A stretch of 44,352 nt of DNA. Source: a virus (taxonomy: Duplodnaviria; Caudoviricetes). The notes beneath the pieces are model-generated. The model did no database searches and was not told the origin of the DNA. It worked only from the letters and a program-made list of their open reading frames with translations. The stretch covers positions 1 to 44,352 of the IMG/VR virus record IMGVR_UViG_3300047504_000019, one strand, 5' to 3'. Position numbers and translations under genes: made by a program. This document shows, in pieces, positions 26,577 to 34,959 of this stretch (position 1 is the stretch's first letter; every line of letters starts with the position of its first letter).

Positions 26577-26859
26577 GCTCTTCCCTCCTTCATCTTAAAA
26601 TTATGGTATATCGCATGACTGGGTGAAATGGCTCATCACATAGCCATACCCAGGAAAGTGGATATTCTGATAGCGTAAAGTAATTGACATTTAGCCACTT
26701 TTTGTAAAGGTTCATTGTTCCTCCTTAATCTCAACTACTTTAACAATAAGCATTGGCGATGAATGAGACTCAAACCATCTACAAATATCCTCTAAATCAA
26801 ATAAGCCATCATCATAGTCAATAATGACCTTTGCCTTAGCCTTTCGCATCTTTAATGCC

Positions 26860-27735
26860 TTAACTTCCATGTTCCTCCTTCTTGAGACACTTAACCCAAA
26901 CTCTACCTTCTGAATCGGGGGTGAGTATATGTCCGACTGCTACGCCGTATGCTACGAACAAGCTCAAATCAGAATAGGGATTGTCGGGCAACTCCTGATT
27001 CTCTGCCTCTAGGCGGATGCCTTTGATAGAGAGGATTTTGCTTACTCTTTCCACCCAGAATTCTCTACTCGATTTTGTCAATTCATCCCACGTGCGGGAC
27101 TTCCTTATGTCTAATTTGTATTCATCTATAAAAGAGTCTCTGTCTCCAGAGGAGAGGTCATACACAATCTCTGCTATCTCTTCTCTTTTATTTGATGCCA
27201 TTTCACTAGGGCTTTTGTGGGGAAGCCACTTTCCCTGCTTCTCTATATCCTCAAAATACTTGTCAATACCGAACCATGCATCTTCATAAGGTTTTTCGGT
27301 ATAGAAACAGCCAAATGCATAAAAACCGCGATGTTCTGCTTCTGCCCAAATCACTGGGGGGTTATCAACTGTCACATAGTGCTCCTTTATAGGTTCTTTT
27401 CCTGGCTCAGCACTAACTTCAAACACATCCATTTTCGCATCCATTAATTTTTGTACAGCCTCGGATGCCATTCTGTTCTGTCCTCCATATGCCTTAATCT
27501 TTATGCCTTCATCAAGTTTTGTTTTGACAAACTTATACCAAGCACTATCAAAGCCCCATTTGTCTTCTCTGAAATCATTTGTTATTACCCTTATAGTTGC
27601 ACCTTTCGGAATATCCTTCTTTTCTAGAAGGTCTGCAATTGTCTTTCCTGCACCGCAGTAGTACCAGAATTTCTCGTCTTCACCAAAAATGTTTTTGGAA
27701 TCTGAAGGTCTCTGCCAAAGCTCAATCTCTGTCAT
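26860..27735 (-). CDS. Moron-like gene: PLD/TrmB-like-fold domain fused to a small phage module
   Basis: IRVIT...IKAYGG...HYVTVD pattern; junction near Met at 27201; own tandem promoters. Confidence 0.5.
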   Translation of the reverse strand: MTEIELWQRPSDSKNIFGEDEKFWYYCGAGKTIADLLEKKDIPKGATIRVITNDFREDKWGFDSAWYKFVKTKLDEGIKIKAYGGQNRMASEAVQKLMDAKMDVFEVSAEPGKEPIKEHYVTVDNPPVIWAEAEHRGFYAFGCFYTEKPYEDAWFGIDKYFEDIEKQGKWLPHKSPSEMASNKREEIAEIVYDLSSGDRDSFIDEYKLDIRKSRTWDELTKSSREFWVERVSKILSIKGIRLEAENQELPDNPYSDLSLFVAYGVAVGHILTPDSEGRVWVKCLKKEEHGS

Positions 27736-27812
27736 GGTGTCTCCTTCCTCCTTAATTATGTTCTTTTCCTTCTAAATCCAGAGTAGAAATTTAGGCAAAA
27801 GGGCAAGCTATC

Positions 27813-27873
27813 AGCTTACCACAAATTACTATATTTGTCAATTTCATTATAACACCAAATACCACTCAGTCAA
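27813..27873 (-). promoter_or_regulatory. Tandem sigma-A promoters
   Basis: TTGACT-16-TATAAT (27873-27846) and TTGACA-17-TAAGCT (27841-27813), both with extended -10. Confidence 0.65.
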
Positions 27874-28011
27874 TAGGTGAAGTGACATAATACTTTAGTA
27901 CTGGATAAGATTTGCTCCATGAATATCTTCCGTACCAAAAGTCATTTCCAACGACCAAATCTGCTAGCGGCTTTGCCATGAACAACCTTTGCTAAAGTTC
28001 ACTATGCTTAT

Positions 28012-28040
28012 ATTATAGCACACTTCTCTTTATTTGTCAA
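28012..28040 (-). promoter_or_regulatory. Consensus sigma-A promoter
   Basis: TTGACA-17-TATAAT, extended -10. Confidence 0.85.
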
Positions 28041-30804
28041 GCCCCTCTGTCTTTATTGTTAGCCACTTATCTGATTTGCAATTTGGACATCCCATCTCAG
28101 TTATAACATCATCAGGACACCAAGGATTAAGCACACGAATACAAGCAAAGTTACTTCCTTTCCATCCACACCTCTTACAATAACCTGAAAGAAATATAGA
28201 CTTAGGGCTAGGTTCAATTAAAGATAAATCCTTCTGTAACTTTTCAATCAGTTCTCTAACATCCTCTGAGGTTAGACGAAAGATTGTAAAGTCAACATAG
28301 TTTCCCTCACGATGAGGGTAGCAAAAAGTGTCCATGCTAATATGACAATTATTTATCGCAATAGTTAAACTATACTCTCCAGGAGCGAGTTCACAATGCC
28401 TTGTCTCAAATATTCTCTGTTTCTTTTCCATGTTATCTCTTCTCTATATAGCTTGTAATTTCCCCCATACAGTAAGGACATTCAATAGCTATAGTATCTA
28501 GCACTGCCTCTACCTCACTATATGCCTCTATATAACCCTCTTCATCTATTTCTGCCTTTTGTACACACTCACTGTACACAATCACATAGTCTAATTGTTG
28601 CTTAGAATATGAACAATTCACTTCTACTCCTCTTAAACTCATTTATCTTCCCTGCTATCATTGCTTGTGCAGCAGGGCTAAGCCAGAAGGAGGAAGCCAT
28701 ATCTGCAATCATCCAACTAAAAAATCCACTATCACAGTTAGGACACTCATTCCCCCAAAATTCCTCCTCTGTTGCATCCTCATAGATAGCTCCACAATGG
28801 AGACAGATTACACAATTCCTCTTTCTAAGTTCAGATGTTATTTCTCTCATTCTTCCTCCTTTTCCTTTTCCATTACTTGCTTACAATAGGGGCATATTTT
28901 AGGTTTTGGTTTGAGCCAACTATCTTCTACAATACATTCCTCAGAAGTAGTGATAACAAGCTCATCATCAATAAAATCTATCCATACGACATGTACATTA
29001 TCATCTATATGAATACAGTCTTGAAACTTCTCTTTATGATAATCACCACTAGCCATTTTTCTAAACCTAACTTGTTTAGTATTCACTTTATTTCCTCCTT
29101 AGTAGTAACTTCTCTCTGTCCTGCTTTACAGTTACGACAGGTATCCGAACTTCTCCAAGGACAATTAGAGCAATCCATCTTTACTTTCCTGCTTCTATAG
29201 TTACAGCTATAACTTCAGGATTCCCTAGCTTCTCCACTTCCTCTGGCTGTAAGTATATGTTATGATTATCCCCATCAGCATACCTTACAACTTTGTTCTT
29301 TGTTACCTTATCCTTCTTCAGTGTTAGCTTCATACTTTCCTCCTTCTTTGTTTTATTATCTGCTTCCTTCGCAATTATATCTACTGCTTTCATATCCCTC
29401 CTATCACTCTATTTTACTGTGCTTATATTATACCATAGTTTAATAATTCTGTCAAGTCCCTTGTCAATCCACCTCCCCACAACATCTTTCACAGGGATAT
29501 GTCCATTCAAATCCCTTCAGACACCATTGCCAATTCCATCTACCACAACAGCCACAATGACCACCAAAAACAAAAACCTCCTTGTTTCTATGAAGGAAGG
29601 GAAAATGAAGTGAGAAAGAATGATAGTAAATCACCTTTTCTCCTGCCCTTTCCCTTATCCACTGTATCTCTTGTTCAGTCACGTTACCTCCTTCTTGATT
29701 GGCCTAGCTTGACTCATAATCTTAGCTTTTGCTTCCTCAATAGCACGATGTCTATTACAATCCACTTCCCTTTGATGCTGATATTCCTCATCCATCTTTA
29801 CTAATGTCCCCTGTGTACCACCACACTTTCTACATTGTAAGTATCTCATTTCCCCTCCTATATAATAATTGCTCCCATACGCCTTAACTTCTCAATATCA
29901 ACAGGCTCGACTAATCTCTTAGTTGTTCTCTTAACAGCCTTAGACTTCTTACCTTTGGACTTCTTTGTATGTTTCTTCATTTCTCTTTCTTTCCTTCGGC
30001 TTTGTCAAGAGCCTGTCTCATTACCTGCTTCACATCTTCGCCCAACATAAATCCAGGCGTTTCATCCAGAGCCACCTTCAATGCCTCATGCATCTCTGGA
30101 GAGGCACTATCCAACTTCATTCGTGCCTGCTTTAACGCAGGACTACACTTTGGAAGAACTCCTTCATTAAAACAGACAGCATCAATATTGGCCTTATAGA
30201 ATCGGCACGAATTACCTAAGCAGTATTCTCCTTTTGTGTAATTCATTTCTCCTTCTTTAATGCCTCCTTATATGAATATAGCACACTACTACTATACCTA
30301 TTAAGATAACTGCTAGTATTAACTTAGTGTAGTCCACCTTCAGGCCAATCAGAAGCTAATCTCCCATAAACCTTTCCTGTATTTGGGCATACTAGCTGCC
30401 ATATATCTGCCCCATTGCTCATTGCTTCCAATCTCTTTAGGTTATGCCTCTTTCCACAATTCAAAGGATGCTGTCAAGTCCTAGAACCTAGGGGTCATTA
30501 TATCAGAATATGACTTAGAAGCCTTCCGCAATCCCTCAATATTAAGCACCTTAAAGATATTAAGACACTCTTGAGCTATATTGCTTACAGGTCGCCAATC
30601 ACCTACTATATCCCCCAGCCTTCGAAATCCTGAAGTTATATTACAAGCATCGTAGGCGTAATGGTGGCATACATCATCTAGTGTAATAGTATGCTCTGCA
30701 CCATCACAGACAATCACAATCTTATCTCTCGTTGCGTCTCTGATATACTCAGGCACTCCATCATAATACATCCCATCCAATTTTTTATGCGTTGCTGTTC
30801 TCAT
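28030..30804 (-). CDS. Cluster of small early hypothetical genes (28030-28431, 28433-28642, 28602-28850, 28847-29086, 29181-29393, 29464-29682, 29977-30246, 30481-30804)
   Basis: Short ORFs with RBSs, many with zinc-ribbon CxxC pairs. Confidence 0.6.
29427..29455 (-). promoter_or_regulatory. Consensus sigma-A promoter
   Basis: TTGACA-17-TATAAT, extended -10. Confidence 0.85.
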
Positions 30805-30838
30805 ATTATTCCTCCTTTATGTCATTCTATTCTGTCAT

Positions 30839-30867
30839 ATTATATCATATTTCACTGTTCTTGTCAA
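30839..30867 (-). promoter_or_regulatory. Consensus sigma-A promoter
   Basis: TTGACA-17-TATAAT, extended -10. Confidence 0.85.
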
Positions 30868-31003
30868 TTTCACATATCCACCTCCTCTGTTTCTTCCTCT
30901 TGCAACCCCTCAAAGATATCCTCTGATTCCTCCCATTCCATCATTGCTCTCATTGCCTCTATTTCTTCCAGTTCCCTTAGTTGCCATTCTAATTCACTCA
31001 TGT

Positions 31004-31270
31004 TTATACCTCCAGTATTGAACGTTTAACTGCTACTAACTCTCTCCAATTAGTTACACCTTTAGGTGTCTCAGCATCATAATACTTACCACTATGTTTA
31101 ACCCATATATGACCAACTCTATCGTTGGTTATGAGCTTAACCTCAACGTTATATCTCTCAGCTACAACTGTAACTTTCTCAGCAAAAGCATCACAATTCC
31201 CTGTATTTATCTCATAAGGAGTTAATTTAGATTCTGATAAACACTCATATATTATATCTTCTATGGTCAT
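31004..31270 (-). CDS. Minimal Cys-His-Asp (papain/transglutaminase-like) protein
   Basis: INTGNCDAFA...GHIWVKHSGKYYDAE; likely start MTIED. Confidence 0.55.
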   Translation of the reverse strand: MTIEDIIYECLSESKLTPYEINTGNCDAFAEKVTVVAERYNVEVKLITNDRVGHIWVKHSGKYYDAETPKGVTNWRELVAVKRSILEV

Positions 31271-33227
31271 TATACCTCCAAACATAATCCTAACTTAGCC
31301 GCTTCTTCGGGATGATTCCCAAAGTAATCAACATTCCTTTGTATTGTACTCCATCTAAAGTCCCTTCCCTGTGTAGCATAAGCCACACTAAATCCTAATC
31401 CCTTTAGGTAATGGTACTTCTCTCTCCGTTCCTCTTTGGTTTGGTGCATATTAACATACTTAGTTAGAGGATTACCACTTTCACTTTTACCATATGTTCT
31501 CATAACTTATTCCTTCCAATCATGTACTTTATAAATGTTAATCCATCTTTTAGCAATAACATATCCTTTCTCTCTAGATTTACCAGATGCAGTATCACAA
31601 TACATTTTGTCTGCATGACTAGAGCCGAATTGCTCTAACAATTCCTTTCAGGGGTGTTTCTTTATATGATAGTGTTCCCCATATTGGTCTATTCCAATAT
31701 ATCCTAATAACATCTTATCCTCCTATGGCTGCCAAGCTGTACTCTGCTTTGGTCTTATGCACATTTATAAAACTGGATGGTATAAAAACCAATACTCCCA
31801 ATCTTCCATCCTTGAGCCTTCAACCTCTCAGCATATTTGATGCCTTTGAGAGTTCTCAAGTCCACTGTTCTATATTGTATTCTCATATTCACCTCCATTT
31901 TGTTTTGAAGCTCATGTCTAAGCTGGCTCAGTTTATTCTCAACTTCGGATATATTCCCCCACGTACACTTGAAACTGCCCCTCACTTGTAATTGCATATC
32001 CCCTACCCACTACTAGCTTGTTTTTGAATTCCCTTATCGTCAACGCTGGCTCATCCTCACTTCCCAGTCCAGAGCTATCACAGAAATACTCATTCACCTT
32101 TTTCCATCCCTTCGGTATATAATCTCCCAGCTTTGGAAATGGGAAGGGTGGAAAAAGGTTTTTATCACCTTCCCACACCACATAGGGTACTAAGTTCTTT
32201 TGACAAGCTATCCTTGAAGCATCTCTGTTCATAGCTTGTATTGTGGCTAAATCATACATAATGCTCTCCTTTAGCCAGCCTAGACATCAACCTCAAAACT
32301 ATATTCTATTGTTAAAGTACAACCTAGTTTTAACAACTAGATATAATTAGTGAGATTAGAACTTATAGGTTTAGATAATAACATACTCCTCATTCTCTAC
32401 ATCCCAAAGCCCATCCTCTACTTCTGCGAACACTTGCTCCCACTCTTTCCCACACACAGAACAAGTACCTTTGAAACTTATACAATCACCATCAAAGTTT
32501 GGTGCTCTATTCCAACAGATTTTTTCTCTTTTACATAGATGTTTTTTCATATTTACTCCTATGCCTTGTCTATCTCACTAACTATATTTAATTGTTAAAG
32601 TACAACTAATGCTATCTTATCTTACACTACTATTATTCTTTTGTCAAGTCCTATCAGAACTATTTTACCCTTTAGCACATCTGTTCTAAACCCTCTACCA
32701 TACTTATTTAGAACAAGTGTTCTAAAGCTATTTCTTCGGTCTCCCTCTTTTATGCAGCTTTGGTCTGCCACGTATATTTAGCTTTACTGCTAGCTTCAAT
32801 TCATAGCTACGATAAAATCCAGTTTCAGCTTTACCTACATCAGATAGTATATAATAGCTACAACATTTAGCTTTATCATATATAATTCTACGTATAGTTC
32901 TAGTTCTATGTCTAGCTTTAGCTATACTATATTTTGTAGTTCTAGCTGTGAATCTAACTTTATCACCTATATTGAATTTAGATTGCATTTTAACCTCTGG
33001 ATATAACTGGTGAGGTCAGGACTGTTAGGGGCTTAGCTTATACAGGCCTTTGTAAATCTATCTCGGTCAAATCTAGGGTTTGCATCTTGCATATAATCCG
33101 CTAGCTCATTTATCAGTTCATTCAGTAGGATTTGCACAGAGTTTCCACTATATTTGACATACCATTCGGGGCGGGCATAGTAACGCTTCATTATCTTGGC
33201 GATTGCCTCAAAATGTTTCTTTGTCAT
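31270..33227 (-). CDS. Earliest genes, small hypotheticals (31270-31503, 31755-~31886, 31939-32259, 32728-32988, 33033-33227)
   Basis: ORFs with RBSs behind the early promoters; 33033-33227 has the widespread phage MTKKHF..IA...NPRFD..RF..AC pattern. Confidence 0.65.
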
Positions 33228-33287
33228 GGGTTCTCGCTCCTTATACCCTGCCTGCCTCGCCAGCTCTATTCAGTTGTTAAAGTACAA
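32309..33287 (-). promoter_or_regulatory. Three identical 14-bp leader motifs TTGTACTTTAACAA (33287-33274, 32605-32592, 32322-32309), boxA-like
   Basis: Exact repeats in untranslated leaders, each followed by a similar AATA-containing tail. Confidence 0.7.
32619..32647 (-). promoter_or_regulatory. Sigma-A early promoter
   Basis: TTGACA-17-TAAGAT. Confidence 0.7.
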
Positions 33288-33575
33288 TACTATGGTATAA
33301 ATATAGCATCTACATTTTACCTTGTCAATACCTTTATGTCATAATGTTAGAGAAAATATGTAGAACGTTTGTGCTAATAATAGACAACTACATTATTATA
33401 TATTATATTATTGAAGCTAACAAGGCACAAAATGACACAGGAAAGGACAGGGATGTATCAAACTACCAGTCAATAGGCTATGTCCATTTCTAAGGCTTCC
33501 CTTGCACTTAATCGGATTATTGTAGCTGAATTATGCTTCTGCTAAACTGTTGAATTAAACTAGAACATCTGTTCT
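32674..33575. promoter_or_regulatory. Four LexA/SOS (Cheo-type) boxes: 32674-32687, 32710-32723, 33362-33375, 33562-33575
   Basis: AGCACATCTGTTCT, AGAACAAGTGTTCT, AGAACGTTTGTGCT and AGAACATCTGTTCT, all intergenic and flanked T...A. Confidence 0.75.
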
Positions 33576-33905
33576 ACTGCTGTTCATCTATAACTACATC
33601 TTATGCTATAATATACATATAAGATATATACTACTATAATATACATTATATATGATATGCTCAGGGGGTAGGGTACAGGGTATAACCATGATGTGATGAA
33701 GAAGAGGAATGTTACCTCTCTCACAGAAATATTTTGAAATTCTCATTACACTCCTGAACACTACTCTATGTCTTTGCTGGGAGGTTGTTATTATGATGTA
33801 GGAGAGGCAAGAGAGGCTATTGAATGGGGTAGTTAATGAAATCATATAGAGGAAACATTTAATGACCACTGTTGAGCCTCTGAGGGTCATTGTAGGAGGA
33901 TTTAG
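33230..33905. other. Main non-coding control region; candidate genome terminus/packaging site or origin
   Basis: Largest gap without a credible ORF, at the late-to-early boundary; AT-alternating tracts and a GGGGGTAGGGTACAGGG tract. Confidence 0.55.
33300..33328 (-). promoter_or_regulatory. First early sigma-A promoter
   Basis: TTGACA-17-TATATT, extended -10. Confidence 0.75.
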
Positions 33906-33910
33906 GCTAA

Positions 33911-34180
33911 CTATCTATTAGCTAATTCTATTAAAACATCTCCATGACAAGGAAGGGGAGCACACCAACAAACTACATCTTTTCCTCGTAGTTCATCTAA
34001 CCAATGAGGTTCTCTCTTCAATCTTTCTTCTGCATATACTCTGAACTCAGCAATGGACTCTATTCTTGTTATCAGCCCTTGTATTCTTATCGGATTCCCA
34101 TATTGGGTTGTTCTGTCAACAAGAATAGCCTCTGGTGGTATATTTCTATCAGTTCTCTTATTATAAACTTTTGGCATCAA
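33911..34180 (-). CDS. DUF4326 family protein
   Basis: VDRTTQYGNP...LRGKDVVCWCAPLPCHGDVL. Confidence 0.9.
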   Translation of the reverse strand: MMPKVYNKRTDRNIPPEAILVDRTTQYGNPIRIQGLITRIESIAEFRVYAEERLKREPHWLDELRGKDVVCWCAPLPCHGDVLIELANR

Positions 34181-34232
34181 TCCTCCTTATGCAGTAACAT
34201 CCACTGCATGTAGAGTAGTATCTACTGCATAG

Positions 34233-34460
34233 TTATCTTCTCTGAAACAATAGAATTAACCAAGCAACAATACTTGTTATTTCAGAGATAAAGGATAACC
34301 ACAAACCAAGAGTAGCAAAACATACTGCAAGTGTGGTAAGCAAGGTTGCAGTAATAGCACAACTACTCTTAGCTGGTTTGGCTTTTCCTCTGATACTTGG
34401 TATCAATGCTATTGCAAATCCAAAGCATGAAACCATAATTACTATATCCTGCCAAATCAT
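34233..34460 (-). CDS. Small 3-TM PQ-loop/SemiSWEET-like membrane protein
   Basis: Three hydrophobic segments with ALIPSI...K. Confidence 0.55.
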   Translation of the reverse strand: MIWQDIVIMVSCFGFAIALIPSIRGKAKPAKSSCAITATLLTTLAVCFATLGLWLSFISEITSIVAWLILLFQRR

Positions 34461-34471
34461 TATCTCCTCCT

Positions 34472-34825
34472 TTATACCGTTATCTTCTCTATCTCTTTCT
34501 CTAACTCTTCAACTCTCTCTGTATTATTATGCTTCTTATGGTAATACAGTAGAGATACTAACCTTCTCCTCATCCGTAACAGTTCTGGATAAGCCTTTCC
34601 CTTCCTCTTCCTTCTCTCTTCCTTAAAGGGATTTATCTTAAACCATTCATCTATCAGCTTCTTCAAACATTCCCAGTGATAGTTAGCCATTATAGTCTTC
34701 CCTCTATACAGGAATGTTAATCCAATTACTCTATCTCTCTTCTGGAACTGTTCTTTACAATACCAACACTTCCCTCCTCTTAGATGATGTTGGTACTTAG
34801 GTTTAATACAATAAGGTATGAACAT
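34472..34825 (-). CDS. Basic zinc-finger hypothetical protein
   Basis: CWYC...HWEC and a K/R-rich C-terminus. Confidence 0.65.
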   Translation of the reverse strand: MFIPYCIKPKYQHHLRGGKCWYCKEQFQKRDRVIGLTFLYRGKTIMANYHWECLKKLIDEWFKINPFKEERRKRKGKAYPELLRMRRRLVSLLYYHKKHNNTERVEELEKEIEKITV

Positions 34826-34848
34826 AGGCTGTACTTCTATTTAACTAC

Positions 34849-34905
34849 ACTTTTGATATAATATATCTATATATACTATAAGATATATATATTATCCCAT
34901 AAAGA
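34849..34905. repeat. 57-bp AT-rich quasi-palindromic element, copy B
   Basis: Partner of 5248-5304. Confidence 0.75.
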
Positions 34906-34910
34906 TTAGT

Positions 34911-34940
34911 GGAAAGAGAGAGGGAGAACTAAGCTCCCTC
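34911..34940 (-). terminator. Rho-independent terminator at the end of the structural operon
   Basis: GAGGGAG-cttagtt-CTCCCTC followed by a pyrimidine tract. Confidence 0.65.
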
Positions 34941-34959
34941 ATATATCAAATTATATCTC

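Noticed and set aside
26736-26747. Fourth boxA-like motif (TACTTTAACAA)
   Set aside because: Partial match, opposite orientation, and not in a promoter leader.
33606-33890. 94-aa minus-strand ORF in the control region
   Set aside because: Low-complexity translation of AT-rich regulatory DNA with no convincing RBS.
34849-34905. XerC/D dif site
   Set aside because: TTATATCAAAA resembles a XerD arm, but the arms are 30 bp apart rather than 6-8 bp.
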